Source: an uncultured delta proteobacterium (GTDB lineage Bacteria; Myxococcota; UBA727; VGSZ01). From it: a stretch of DNA of 64,000 nt. The position numbers and the translations under genes are program-made. Below the pieces are notes generated by a model. The model did no database searches, had not been told where the DNA came from, and saw only the letters and a list, made by a program, of their open reading frames with translations. Positions 1 to 9,799 of the stretch are shown one piece after another (the first letter of the stretch is position 1; each line of letters starts with the position of its first letter). The stretch covers positions 32,001-96,000 of the forward strand of contig CAVZJB010000002.1 in assembly GCA_963775425.1 (NCBI GenBank). The letters are read 5' to 3'.

Positions 1-417
1 GTCGGGGATCACGGGGTTTCGTGGGTCGCCGGTGAGCGTGCCGGTGATGGTCTTGTCGGCGGTGATGGTGGCGTCGCCGAACGCCGTGGTGCTCACGCCG
101 TTGCAGTCCGTGTAGACGACGGTGCCGGTCTCGGCCGCCCCGTGGAACCTGCAGCCCTCGACGTGCCAGGTCACGCTGCCGTGGGAGCCGACGTCGCCGT
201 CGATGGTGGGGCTTTGGAGGACGTCGGGGCTCTCGAAGCCGCACGTCGCGTCCTGTCCGATGAAGAAGATCATCGCGCCGACGTCGCGCACGGCGAGGCG
301 CGAGACGCCTTCGGCCACGGTGTCCGGAAACCAGCTCGGACACGCGGACAGCGCGACGAGCGAGCCGGAGAGCAGGGCGATCCGCTGGATGCGCGAGGGC
401 TTGGTTGTGCGGGACAT
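1..417 (-). CDS. Putative lipoprotein, 3' part runs off the window
   Basis: ATG at 417 with AGAGG RBS; MSRTTKPSRIQRIALLSGSLVALSAC lipobox-like; frame open to the window edge. Confidence 0.75.
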   Translation of the reverse strand, partial: MSRTTKPSRIQRIALLSGSLVALSACPSWFPDTVAEGVSRLAVRDVGAMIFFIGQDATCGFESPDVLQSPTIDGDVGSHGSVTWHVEGCRFHGAAETGTVVYTDCNGVSTTAFGDATITADKTITGTLTGDPRNPVIPD

Positions 418-635
418 GCGCGACCTCTCTTGCGCGGCGGCGATGCTGAGCGCCGCGCTCACCCGAGATCGATAACGACGACACGCGCGGCTCTGGACGC
501 ACGCGCGCCCGATCCGCCCCGCAGCATGGCAGGCGGCTCGACCGTGCTTCCACGCGAAGCACGGACCCAAAGCGCGTATGCTCGTCCCCCGCGGATCCGC
601 GCCTCGCGCGGGCGCGCGGACGCAAGACGGGAAGC

Positions 636-1571
636 ATGATGGAAGAGAAGGTCAGAGCCGTTCTGTCCGACCCGATGACCGGGAGGCTGGCGAGCGCGGC
701 GCTCGCGCTGCTCATCGTATTCGTCGTCGCACGGCTGTTGCTTCGATCCGCCGAGCACTACGTGAAGGACAACGACGCTCGCTACCGCGCGCGAAAGGCC
801 GTCTCGTTCTTTCGCTACGCGGCGTCCGGCGTCGCGCTCGCCCTCATCTTCACGGAGCGCTTGGCGGGGATCACGGTGGTGTTCGGCGTCGCCGGCGCCG
901 GCGTCGCCTTTGCCCTTCAAGAGGTGATTGTCAGCATCGCCGGGTGGATGGCCATCTCGTCAGGCGGCTTCTACCAGACCGGTGATCGCGTGCAGGTCGG
1001 CGGCATCAAGGGTGACGTCATCGACATCGGCGTGTTGCGCACCACCATCATGGAGGTCGGCGAGTGGGTGAAGGCGGATCTCTACAACGGGCGCATCGTG
1101 AAGGTGGCCAACAGCTTCGTGTTCAAGGAGCCCGTGTTCAATTACTCCGCCGACTTTCCCTTCCTGTGGGATGAAATCACGGTGCCCATCCGGTACGGCT
1201 CCGACTGGAAGGCGGCGAAGGCGACGCTCGTCGGTGTCGGCGAGGAGATCTGCGGCGACTATGCGAAGCGCTCCAAGGATGCGTGGCGCGCGGCCGTCGT
1301 GAAGTATCGCCTCGAAGACGCGCCGGTGGAGCCGGAGGTCACGATGGTGGCGAACGACAACTGGCTCGAGCTCACGCTCAGGTACGTCGTCGACTACCGC
1401 AAGCGGCGCGCCGTCAAAGACCTGCTGTTCACGCGTGTCCTCGAGGAAGTCGACAGCTCGGAAGGTCGAATCCGCCTCGCGTCAACGACGTTCGAGCTCG
1501 TCAACCTCCCGCGCCTGGAGGTCGACAAGTCCGAGAGCCGGATCGCCGTGGTGCCCAGATACGTGCCGTGA
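636..1571 (+). CDS. mscS: Small-conductance mechanosensitive channel (MscS family)
   Basis: Three TM segments; GVAFALQE..GW, GDRVQVGGIKGDVIDIG..TT and VANS....PVFNYS motifs. Confidence 0.9.
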   Translation: MMEEKVRAVLSDPMTGRLASAALALLIVFVVARLLLRSAEHYVKDNDARYRARKAVSFFRYAASGVALALIFTERLAGITVVFGVAGAGVAFALQEVIVSIAGWMAISSGGFYQTGDRVQVGGIKGDVIDIGVLRTTIMEVGEWVKADLYNGRIVKVANSFVFKEPVFNYSADFPFLWDEITVPIRYGSDWKAAKATLVGVGEEICGDYAKRSKDAWRAAVVKYRLEDAPVEPEVTMVANDNWLELTLRYVVDYRKRRAVKDLLFTRVLEEVDSSEGRIRLASTTFELVNLPRLEVDKSESRIAVVPRYVP

Positions 1572-1613
1572 GACGGAGCGGGGCACGGCGCGGGCCGTGA
1601 ACCCTCCCGACGC

Positions 1614-1679
1614 CGTCGACGAAACCGCCCCGGCACCCAAGGGCCGTGCCCCTGCGTGCTCCGAAGCGGTTTGTCGACG
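1614..1679. terminator. Imperfect hairpin between the convergent mscS and tRNA-Ser genes
   Basis: Inverted arms CGTCGAC(G)AAACCGC ... GCGGTTTGTCGACG; no U-tract. Confidence 0.45.
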
Positions 1680-1698
1680 AGACGTCCTCGAGGAGGAC

Positions 1699-1788
1699 TG
1701 GCGGACAGCGAGGGATTCGAACCCCCGATACCCTTGCGGGTACTCCTGATTTCGAGTCAGGTGCCTTCAGCCACTCGGCCAGCTGTCC
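1699..1788 (-). tRNA. tRNA-Ser (anticodon CGA)
   Basis: GGACAGCTGGCCGAGTGG...CCTGA-CT-CGA-AA-TCAGG, long variable arm, GGTTCGAATCC, ends GCCA. Confidence 0.97.
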
Positions 1789-1890
1789 ACGCCGACGTCA
1801 CCGTAACGAGGGGCGAAAACGGCGTCAACGAGGCTGTGTGGGGGCCGATCCTCGAGATCCGGGCGTCGCGACGCGTGCGGGCCGAGCGGA

Positions 1891-3261
1891 TCAGAAGCGG
1901 ACGCGCAAGCCGACCCCGACGGCGGTGGTGCCGGCGTTGTCGTGCATCCCCTGGAGGTAGAGGTCGACGTCCTTCGAGGGCCTGTAGCCGACCCCGAGCG
2001 ACGCCGCGAAGCGCCCGTCCTGCGGCCAGGAGGTGAGCCCAGCCGAGCCGCTCCACGGGCCGTTGGTCGCCGAGAGGTCGACCGTCGCCTTGTCGAGCGT
2101 GGCGCCCGCGTCGAACGTGAGCGTGGTCGCGCCCGACACCCGGGTGCCGTCGTCGAGCACGCCGCCGAGCGAGCCCGAGAGGGCGAAGCCCGACACCTGA
2201 AGGTCCGACAACGTCGGCCCCTTCCCGTCGACCTGCGCGCCCACCTCGCCGGTGAGCCCGCCGAGCTGCACCGGCGTGGTCAGGCCGACGTGCACGAGGG
2301 GGTTCGTGAAGCGCTTGTCCCAGTCGGCGCCGATCTTGGCCGTCAGCTTCCCGTCGAGGAGCTTCAGCTTCACTTCGGGCTTCACCCCGATCGCCCGCAA
2401 CACATGCGAGCCCTCGAGGTATGCGCCCGCGCCGACGCCGACGACGACGGCGCCCGCGGTCCCCCAGAACACCGCGGGCTTTTCGTGGCGAAGCTCGTCG
2501 ATGAAGCGCTTGGCGACGTCGCCGGCGATGGGGCCGAGGTCCTTCACCCGCGCCGTGGCCGGGTTCACGACGACGCCGCGGTCGGCGGCGAGCTGCGTGA
2601 CGTCGGCCGCGAGCTCCGGCCACAGCGACGCGATGGGCAGCTCCCGCACCAGGTCCCTGAGCGCGTGCTCGAGCTGCTTCTGCTCGTCCGCGCTCAGCGG
2701 TGAATTGACGTCGAGCGGGCCCTGGAGAGAGGCGAGCCCCTGCGCGTCGCGGCGCAGGACGTGGTCGACGGCGGCGTTGAAGCGGTCGAAGGCGGCGCGC
2801 GCGGCGGCGTCGGTGGCGGGGTTCGTCTTCGCCGAGATCTGCGTCATCAAGACGCTGCGGGGCGGCCCCGTGCCGTCGGGGAGCTGATCGATGACCGCGC
2901 TGTGCGGCGTGAGGTCGAGGGGCGTCCCGGCGAACGCGAGCTGGGGCGTGCTCGTGAACAGCGTGAGCGCCAGGAACGCCGTCGCCGCGCCCGTCTTCCA
3001 GCTCCGCTTGGGCTTCTGCGTCGCAGCGAGGCCCGCCAGCGCCGCGCGCGCGCCCGCCTTCCTGCCCGACAGCGCCGGTGCGACGTCGCCGACGACCTTC
3101 TTCACCGCGCGGGTGGCGCCGTCGCCGGCGACCGCCTCGCCGCTGCCCTCGTCGCTGCCCTTGTTGCCGACGACCCCGGAGCCGTCGCCGACCTTCGCGG
3201 GAGCGTCGCCGCCCCCCGAGATGCGCGCGCGCGAGCCCTTGGGAATGGAGAAGTCAGCCAC
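1891..3261 (-). CDS. Hypothetical secreted or outer-membrane protein with extended N-terminal leader and beta-strand-rich C-terminus
   Basis: Delayed signal peptide (..KPKRSWKTGAATAFLALTLFTSTPQLAFA); alternating beta-strands ending VGVGLRVRF with terminal Phe. Confidence 0.75.
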   Translation of the reverse strand: MADFSIPKGSRARISGGGDAPAKVGDGSGVVGNKGSDEGSGEAVAGDGATRAVKKVVGDVAPALSGRKAGARAALAGLAATQKPKRSWKTGAATAFLALTLFTSTPQLAFAGTPLDLTPHSAVIDQLPDGTGPPRSVLMTQISAKTNPATDAAARAAFDRFNAAVDHVLRRDAQGLASLQGPLDVNSPLSADEQKQLEHALRDLVRELPIASLWPELAADVTQLAADRGVVVNPATARVKDLGPIAGDVAKRFIDELRHEKPAVFWGTAGAVVVGVGAGAYLEGSHVLRAIGVKPEVKLKLLDGKLTAKIGADWDKRFTNPLVHVGLTTPVQLGGLTGEVGAQVDGKGPTLSDLQVSGFALSGSLGGVLDDGTRVSGATTLTFDAGATLDKATVDLSATNGPWSGSAGLTSWPQDGRFAASLGVGYRPSKDVDLYLQGMHDNAGTTAVGVGLRVRF

Positions 3262-3341
3262 GGAACACCTCGCGCGCGGGTTCGACGCCGCTGCCGTCCG
3301 AACGATAGCCTGCGAATCGCCGCGCAGCGAGGTGGAAGGTC

Positions 3342-3707
3342 ATGGCAGCGAAAGGCGGACAACCGGCGGGCGTGCTCGTCGTCGACGTGCGTACGCTCCT
3401 CGACGAGAGCGCCGAGGGCAAGCGCGCGGCCGCGGCGCTCGAGGCATCGTTCCACGAGCACAAGCACAAGCGCGACGCCCTCGACGAAGGCGAGGACGTC
3501 CGGCGCTTCGAGGCCGAAGCCGTCGCTACGCTCGAAGGCGAGCGCGCGCGCCTGCGCGAAGCGTTGCTCGCGCGCGCACGCGCCGTGATCGAGGAGGTGC
3601 GCCGGGAGCGAGACGCCGCCGTCGTCGTCGACCGCGCGCTCACGCTCGCAGCCGCCGACGCCGTCGACGTCACCGCCGAGGTCCTCGCTCGCCTCGACGC
3701 CGCCTGA
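3342..3707 (+). CDS. OmpH/Skp-like protein, short and lacking a signal peptide
   Basis: VVDV..LLDES.EGKRA..ALE and ..VIEEV.....VVVDR......DVT.EVL.RLD patterns of the OmpH family. Confidence 0.7.
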   Translation: MAAKGGQPAGVLVVDVRTLLDESAEGKRAAAALEASFHEHKHKRDALDEGEDVRRFEAEAVATLEGERARLREALLARARAVIEEVRRERDAAVVVDRALTLAAADAVDVTAEVLARLDAA

Positions 3708-3728
3708 CCGACAAGCCGCCGGGCCGCG

Positions 3729-4130
3729 CTATGCGCGCGCGAGGGCGATGCCGAGACCGCCGACGAGGTCGGGGGCGCCGTCGACCACCTCACGCCACAG
3801 CGCGATGGCCGCCTCGCGCGCGGGCGGTCGCGCGCGGCGCGGAAGGCCTCGCGCAGCCACGTGCCGAGGGCGCCGCCGACGCCGAGGAAGCCGGCGCGCG
3901 GCCGTGGTAGTCGGCGGAGATGCGGTAGGCGATGTCGAGCATGAGGAGGAGCTCGAGGGCGCCGACGCCGAGGCCTGCGACGGAGAACAGGCCTGCAGCT
4001 TCGCTTTCGCCGCCTCCGGCAGCAGGCCCAGGAGCGGGGTGAGCGGGACGAGCGGCACCCAGACGAGGAACGCGAGGGCGGAGCGGCGCCGCTCGGAGGC
4101 GCGCTCGAGGTGCCGCGTGGCGTCACCGGC
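3729..4130 (-). pseudogene. Frameshifted membrane-protein gene remnant
   Basis: Protein-like, GC3-biased segments continue across three different frames; start uncertain. Confidence 0.4.
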
Positions 4131-4298
4131 CGGCGGAACCGGCTGGGCTCGAGCCCTCCGATGGGGAAAGCCGCGGTGAACGCCGCCCCGGCAGCGGGCG
4201 GCCCGGCGGGCCTCCCCGGCCGGGCGCACCGACGGTGCGACGCCCGCACGAGACCGTCGACGCCGTCCCGAAAGCGCGCTAGGAACCCGCGTGGCTCT

Positions 4299-4388
4299 GG
4301 AGAGATGGCCGAGTGGCTGAAGGCACGCGACTGGAAATCGCGTAGGCGGGAAACCGTCTCGAGGGTTCGAATCCCTCTCTCTCCGCCA
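4299..4388 (+). tRNA. tRNA-Ser (anticodon GGA)
   Basis: GGAGAGATGGCCGAGTGG...CGCGA-CT-GGA-AA-TCGCG, long variable arm, GGTTCGAATCC, ends GCCA. Confidence 0.97.
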
Positions 4389-4484
4389 GTTCCTCGTCGA
4401 CAAAACGCCGAAACCGAAGTTGGCATGCGAGGCCGGCCGGAGACCTGGGCCCTCGGGTCCGCCGCTGTCGTGTTACGGTGCCGC

Positions 4485-5198
4485 GTGCGCGTGATGTGGC
4501 TCCTGCTCGTCGTCGCGGCGCCGGCGTGGGCCGACGACGCGGAGCTTGCGAAGGGACTCACCGGCGTGATCGCCGGCGAGCTCGCGAAGAGCCCCGCGCT
4601 CGAGGTGCTGTCGAGCGCAGACATCCGGCGGGTCGTCGAGCTCGAGGGAGACAAGGCGGCGATGGGCTGCGCGGCGGAGTCGTGCCTCGCGGAGATCGCC
4701 AACGCGCTCGGCGCGCGCTTCGTCGTCTTCGGTGAGCTCGCGCGCATCGAGGGGACGTACGTCTTTTCGGCGACCCTCTACGACTCCGAACAGGGGCGCG
4801 CGGCGAGCCGCGTGGTGCGCCGCGCCAAGAGCGCCGCCGAGCTCCTCGACGCGGCGCCGGGCGCGACGCGCGAGCTGGTGGGTCCCGCGGTGTTCGGCCT
4901 GTCACCGGACAAGAAGCGGCGCGTGCTCGTCCTCGACATCCACCCCCCCGCGCCGCCCGCGAGCAAGCCCGCGCCCGCGCCGAGCGCCGGAGGGGTCGTG
5001 CACTTCTGGATGCTCACCCTCGGCGCCGGCGGCGCCCTCGCCGTCGCCGGCGGCGTCTACGATTATCTCGCGCCGACGAGCAACAACGAGCACTTCGACC
5101 CCGAGGACCTCATCGGCGCCGGCCTCGTCGGCGGCGGCCTCCTCCTCGGTGGCGTCGGCGTCTGGATGTGGATCGACGAGCCCTCGGAGGGCGGATGA
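4485..5198 (+). CDS. Secreted protein with a myxobacterial C-x4-C-LAEI..ALGA domain and C-terminal hydrophobic segments
   Basis: Signal peptide MWLLLVVAAPAWA; GCAAESCLAEIANALGARFVVFGEL motif; start may be 4494. Confidence 0.7.
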   Translation: MRVMWLLLVVAAPAWADDAELAKGLTGVIAGELAKSPALEVLSSADIRRVVELEGDKAAMGCAAESCLAEIANALGARFVVFGELARIEGTYVFSATLYDSEQGRAASRVVRRAKSAAELLDAAPGATRELVGPAVFGLSPDKKRRVLVLDIHPPAPPASKPAPAPSAGGVVHFWMLTLGAGGALAVAGGVYDYLAPTSNNEHFDPEDLIGAGLVGGGLLLGGVGVWMWIDEPSEGG

Positions 5199-5881
5199 GG
5201 CCGGTGCCCCTCGTCGTGACGGCGTGGCTCCTGTCGGGCTGCGGCCTGTCGAACGCGTTCTTTCACGTGCCGGACTTCCAGCAGGTGGACAACGCGACCG
5301 CGTGCCGCGCGCTGAAGGACGCCGAGGCGCAGGTGTTCGCCGACTGCAGCGGCACCGCGGTCATCCCCCCGGAGCAGCGCGGCTACGAATTCTGCCCCGA
5401 TCGCCTGAACACCCGGGATCCGCTCTGCGCGAGCTTCTTCCAGTGCCAGGCCGACACGCTGGCCTGCGTCGACGGCTTCCCCCAGCCCGGCCCCGATGCG
5501 GCGACGTGCGACGGCATCGTCGACGGCCGCTGCGACGACCCTTTCGCGGACATCAGCGTCACCGTGTCCTTCACCGCTGAGCTCGACGGTGGCCAGGACT
5601 GCGCGGCCGCCGGCGTCGTCGAGCTCACCCTCACCGCCAGCGGCGTGCCCGGCGCGAGCACCACCAGCGCCGGCGCGTGCTCCGACCCGGTGCACGAAGT
5701 CGGGATTCAGAAGACCTTCTTTCCCGGGTCGCTCCAGATCATCGGCCTCGACGGCCCCTTCGACGACTTCCCCAATTCGCGACCCCTGTTCGTGTCGGAA
5801 TCGATTGACGTGTCGCTGGACGACATCGACGCCCAGGACAAGCTCGATCTCGGGGACGTCGTCCTGCACCCGGTCCCGTAG
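5195..5881 (+). CDS. Cys-rich putative lipoprotein
   Basis: ATGA overlap with the upstream stop; lipobox LLSGC; many Cys. Confidence 0.75.
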   Translation: MRPVPLVVTAWLLSGCGLSNAFFHVPDFQQVDNATACRALKDAEAQVFADCSGTAVIPPEQRGYEFCPDRLNTRDPLCASFFQCQADTLACVDGFPQPGPDAATCDGIVDGRCDDPFADISVTVSFTAELDGGQDCAAAGVVELTLTASGVPGASTTSAGACSDPVHEVGIQKTFFPGSLQIIGLDGPFDDFPNSRPLFVSESIDVSLDDIDAQDKLDLGDVVLHPVP

Positions 5882-6071
5882 CGCCGCGGCGGGACGACCA
5901 CGCCGCCGCCGGCGCTGCCACGAAGGCATTCGCAAACCGACCCGGTTGCCCGCTCCTCGTGTGGGATCGCCCGCCTGAGGGTCGCGCGACACAGCGCGCT
6001 CCACCTCGAGCGCGCCGCCGAGCGCCGCCGAGCGGGTATGAAGGTTGCGGTGCCTCTTCGCGGAGGCGCAC

Positions 6072-6185
6072 GTGACGCTCGTTCCTCTCCTTCTCGATGC
6101 GGCCGTGCGCCTCTATGTCGCGTTCTGGCTCCACTGCTGGCAGGTCGCCGCCGGCGTCTACCAGTGCGTGGGAGGCCACTCGTAG
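6072..6185 (+). CDS. Candidate 37-aa hydrophobic small protein
   Basis: GGAGG 5 nt before GTG; MTLVPLLLDAAVRLYVAFWLHCWQVAAGVYQCVGGHS*. Confidence 0.4.
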   Translation: MTLVPLLLDAAVRLYVAFWLHCWQVAAGVYQCVGGHS

Positions 6186-6326
6186 GTGCGGCGACGCGTC
6201 CGTCGCCGCGGGCGCTCGTCGACCTTCCGCGCGGCCGGACTTCGGCGCGCGCCACGGCGGCCCGCGGAGATCCGGCGTCAAATCTCTGTCGCGCAACGCA
6301 GCGTCGCTAGCCTTCATCGAAGAGCC

Positions 6327-6905
6327 ATGCCGAAGCTTGTCGACAAAGCCGCCGCCGCCGCCAGGAACGTCTCCGCCAGGAGCCGATCGTCCGGCGTCGC
6401 CGCCATCGCCGCCGCCGCCGCCGCCGCGCTGTCGTCGTGCGCGACGACGTACACGCAGGCGCATGACCTGCCGCCGCTCGAGGCCGTGCCGCAGGTGGAC
6501 CTGCAGCGCTACATGGGCACCTGGTACGAGATCGCGAGCATCCCGCAGTCGTTCCAGCGGGGCTGCACCAAGACCACAGCGACCTACTCGCTGCGCAAGG
6601 ACGGCACCGTCGACGTCGTGAACCGCTGCATCGTGGACGGCAAGGAGAAGGTGGCCCGCGGCCGCGCGCGCGTAGCGGAGTCGTCGTCCAAGCTCGAGGT
6701 GAGCTTCTTCGGCCCGTTCTGGGCGCCCTATTGGATCATCAATCTCGCCGGCGACTACAGCACCGCCGTGGTCGGCCACCCGAGCCGCGACTACCTGTGG
6801 ATCTTGAGCCGCACGCCCACGCTCGACGCGCAGACGTACGCGGGCCTCATCGCGCGTGCGCAAGCGCTCGGCTACGACACCGGGCGTCTCGTCAGAACCG
6901 AGTGA
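6327..6905 (+). CDS. blc: Bacterial lipocalin lipoprotein
   Basis: Lipobox LSSC; VDLQRYMGTWYEIA, LEVSFFGPFW and YLWILSRTP motifs. Confidence 0.92.
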   Translation: MPKLVDKAAAAARNVSARSRSSGVAAIAAAAAAALSSCATTYTQAHDLPPLEAVPQVDLQRYMGTWYEIASIPQSFQRGCTKTTATYSLRKDGTVDVVNRCIVDGKEKVARGRARVAESSSKLEVSFFGPFWAPYWIINLAGDYSTAVVGHPSRDYLWILSRTPTLDAQTYAGLIARAQALGYDTGRLVRTE

Positions 6906-6919
6906 GCTAAACTGCGGGC

Positions 6920-7306
6920 ATGGCGCTCGTCGACGACATTCGGGAGCTGCGCGCACAGGTCGACGCCGAAGTGCTCGCCGCGGACGCGCTCCGCGTCCAT
7001 GCGCAGATCGCGCTGATAAACGTCGGCGGCGGCATCGCCTTCCTCGCCGTCGCCCTCGGAGGCATGCTCGGCGCGCCCGCCGTCGGCAGCGCGTGCCTCA
7101 CCGAGGAAAACGCCATCTGGCTCAAGCCCATCCTCGCCGTCGCGCTGTTCGGGTGCCCGGTGTTCGCCTTCCTCACCAGGCAGCTCGCGCGCGTCGCCGT
7201 GCGCGCGCGCCTGCGGCGCGCCGTGCGTGACGCCCGCGGTCCGGAGCTCGAGTCCGGGGTCGGCGGGTCGTCGACGTCGTCGGCCATCCCGTTCGGGCGG
7301 GAGTGA
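6920..7306 (+). CDS. Hypothetical membrane protein (2 TM)
   Basis: Two hydrophobic segments; typical codon bias. Confidence 0.6.
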   Translation: MALVDDIRELRAQVDAEVLAADALRVHAQIALINVGGGIAFLAVALGGMLGAPAVGSACLTEENAIWLKPILAVALFGCPVFAFLTRQLARVAVRARLRRAVRDARGPELESGVGGSSTSSAIPFGRE

Positions 7307-7325
7307 GCTGCGGACGCCGCGGCGC

Positions 7326-7868
7326 TCAATTGCGCGCGCGGAGCGCCGCGCGCCGCGGCTTGTGACGCACGACCCACCACTCTCGCGCGCCCACGCCGCA
7401 GCGCACGAGCGCGTCGGCGAAGAACGTGAGCAGCGCGGCCACACCGAGCGCGTAGGCCGCGTGCGGTGTCGCGACGTCGGCGACGGTCGGCAGCAAGAGC
7501 GCCACGACCGTTCCGCCGACGCCGATGACGGCGCACAGCGCGGCGGCGAGGTGCGCGAAGAAGCGCGGCTTCTCTCGCGCCGCTGCCCGCGCGGCGGCGG
7601 CGACCAGCGCCGCAGACGCGAGGAGCAGGACGGGGCCAAGCCACAGGACGGGCTTTTGTCGAAGGCCGTCCGCCAGCAGCCCGTAACCGGTCCAGGTGAC
7701 GGGCGGGCTCGTCCCTTCGCAGCCCGTCGTCGTCACCCAGGGGAACACGAGCAACACCGCCAACGTCCCGAGGATCGACAGCCGGTGCCACCACCCCCGC
7801 AGCGACAGCGGTCGCGGCGAGCGAGGGGTGCGCAGGGGCAAGCGTGAGGCGGCGGCGGCGGAGCTCAT
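7326..7868 (-). CDS. Hypothetical membrane protein (about 4 TM)
   Basis: C-terminal part of the long minus-strand ORF from MSSAAAASR; several hydrophobic helices. Confidence 0.65.
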   Translation of the reverse strand: MSSAAAASRLPLRTPRSPRPLSLRGWWHRLSILGTLAVLLVFPWVTTTGCEGTSPPVTWTGYGLLADGLRQKPVLWLGPVLLLASAALVAAAARAAAREKPRFFAHLAAALCAVIGVGGTVVALLLPTVADVATPHAAYALGVAALLTFFADALVRCGVGAREWWVVRHKPRRAALRARN

Positions 7869-7936
7869 GTCGACGTGCGAACGGCCCCGGCGCCGAAAGG
7901 ATTCCGACGGTGTGGCGCGGGTCACCGCGCCCGCGA

Positions 7937-9160
7937 TCAGGGGCGCAGGGCGTCGCGCGCGGCCAGCACGCGAGCGCGGGCGGCGGCGGGGTCGGCCGCC
8001 ATGGCGATGAGGTGGCCCATCTTTCTGCCCGGGCGCGCCTCGCTCTTGCCGTAGAGGTGGAGCTTCACGTCGGGGAACGCGAGCGCGGCGCTCCAGCGCG
8101 GCTCGCCGCCCTGCCACAGGTCGCCGAGCAGGTTGGCCATGGCCACCGGCCGAAGCAGATCCACGTCGCCGAGGGGGAGGCCGCACACCGCGCGCAACTG
8201 CTGTTCGAACTGCGAGGTGACGCACGCGTCGAACGAGAAGTGCCCCGAGTTGTGCGGGCGCGGCGCGAGCTCGTTGACGATGAGCTTGCCGGTGTTGCTG
8301 CCGTCGTCGATCCAGAACAGCTCCACCGCTAGGACGCCGACCAGGTCGAGGCTCTTGGCAACCGACACCGCCAGGTCCACCGCCGCCTTCTTGGTGGCCT
8401 CGGGCACCGACGCCGGCACCACGGTGACGTCGAGGATGTGGTGCACGTGGTGGTTCTCCGCCACCGGGAAGGTCACCACCTCGCCCGTGCGCGCCCGCGC
8501 CACGATGACGCTCAACTCGAGCGTGAACGGCACGAACCCCTCGAGCACGCCCATGGGTTGCGCCAACGCCTCCCACGCCGCCTGGAGCGCCTGCGCCGGC
8601 AGCGCGCCGCCGGCGTCGTCGTCTCCCGGTGACGGTGACGGTGACGGTGACGCTGCCGATGAATCGATGCGCGTCTGGCCCTTGCCGTCGTAGCCGAACG
8701 TGGCGGTCTTCAGGATGCACGGCGTCTTCAGTTGCGCCACCGCGCTCTTCAGGTCGTCGACGGACTGCACCGGACGAAACGGCGCCGTCGGGAAGCCGTG
8801 CGTCTGCAGGAACGTCTTTTCTCGCAGCCGGTGGCGCGTGGTGTCGAGCACCAGCGGCGCGGGGTACACCGGCGCCACCTCCGCCACCTTCTGCAGCGTC
8901 TCGTAGGGGATGTTCTCGAACTCGAAGGTGACGACGTCGACGGCCTCGGCGAAGCGCAGCGCGGTGGCGATGTCGTCGTAGGGCGCGCTCCACTCGACGT
9001 CGGCCACCTGTCCCGTCGGGCAGTCGGGCGCGGGATCGAGCGCGTGCACGCGGTAGCCCATGCGACGCGCGGCGATGGCGAACATGCGCCCGAGCTGACC
9101 GCCGCCGAGGATGCCGATGGTCTTTCCGGGGATGATGACGTCGTCGCGGGGTCTGCTCAT
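7937..9160 (-). CDS. purK: N5-carboxyaminoimidazole ribonucleotide synthase
   Basis: [30 protein letters not shown] and RKMGH motifs. Confidence 0.96.
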   Translation of the reverse strand: MSRPRDDVIIPGKTIGILGGGQLGRMFAIAARRMGYRVHALDPAPDCPTGQVADVEWSAPYDDIATALRFAEAVDVVTFEFENIPYETLQKVAEVAPVYPAPLVLDTTRHRLREKTFLQTHGFPTAPFRPVQSVDDLKSAVAQLKTPCILKTATFGYDGKGQTRIDSSAASPSPSPSPGDDDAGGALPAQALQAAWEALAQPMGVLEGFVPFTLELSVIVARARTGEVVTFPVAENHHVHHILDVTVVPASVPEATKKAAVDLAVSVAKSLDLVGVLAVELFWIDDGSNTGKLIVNELAPRPHNSGHFSFDACVTSQFEQQLRAVCGLPLGDVDLLRPVAMANLLGDLWQGGEPRWSAALAFPDVKLHLYGKSEARPGRKMGHLIAMAADPAAARARVLAARDALRP

Positions 9161-9672
9161 GGGTCCGCCGGCTTGCTCGCGAGCGCCGCGCGCGTCTGCT
9201 TGTCGCGCCACGCGATGAGGCGCGCGCGCAGCTTGTCGTCCTCGAGCGCCAGGATGGACGCTGCGAGCAGCCCCGCGTTCTTCGCGCCGCTCTCGCCGAT
9301 GGCCAGCGTGCCGACGGGGACGCCGCCCGGCATCTGCACGATCGACAACAGCGAGTCGAGCCCAGACAGCGCACGCGACTGCACCGGCACGCCGAGCACC
9401 GGCAGGTGCGTCTTGGCCGCCACCATCCCGGGCAGGTGCGCCGCGCCGCCGGCGCCCGCGATGATCACCTTCAGCCCCCGGCCGGCGGCGGCGTCCGCGT
9501 ACTCGAACATGCGATCCGGCGTGCGGTGCGCCGACACCACCTTCATCTCGTACGCGACGCCGAGCGCGTCGAGCACCTCGGCCGCGCGCTTCATCGTCGG
9601 GCCGTCGCTGGCGCTGCCCATGATGATCCCGACCACGGGCGCGCGCGAGCGGTGAGGTCGGGCCTTGGGCAT
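9157..9672 (-). CDS. purE: N5-CAIR mutase
   Basis: [25 protein letters not shown] and SIVQMP.GVPV motifs. Confidence 0.97.
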   Translation of the reverse strand: MPKARPHRSRAPVVGIIMGSASDGPTMKRAAEVLDALGVAYEMKVVSAHRTPDRMFEYADAAAGRGLKVIIAGAGGAAHLPGMVAAKTHLPVLGVPVQSRALSGLDSLLSIVQMPGGVPVGTLAIGESGAKNAGLLAASILALEDDKLRARLIAWRDKQTRAALASKPADP

Positions 9673-9799
9673 GGCGCGCCATACCACACCCGCGGACCTG
9701 TCTCGACGTGTCTGTGCGCGCGCCGTCACGCCGTGCCGCGGGCGCCGCTCGCTACCATCGAAGCACGCGCGGGCCTTGGGCGCGACACGGGAGAACAAC

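Noticed and set aside
1699-4388. Integrative element or prophage at the tRNA-Ser genes
   Set aside because: No integrase and no duplicated tRNA 3' end (att site) seen in the window.
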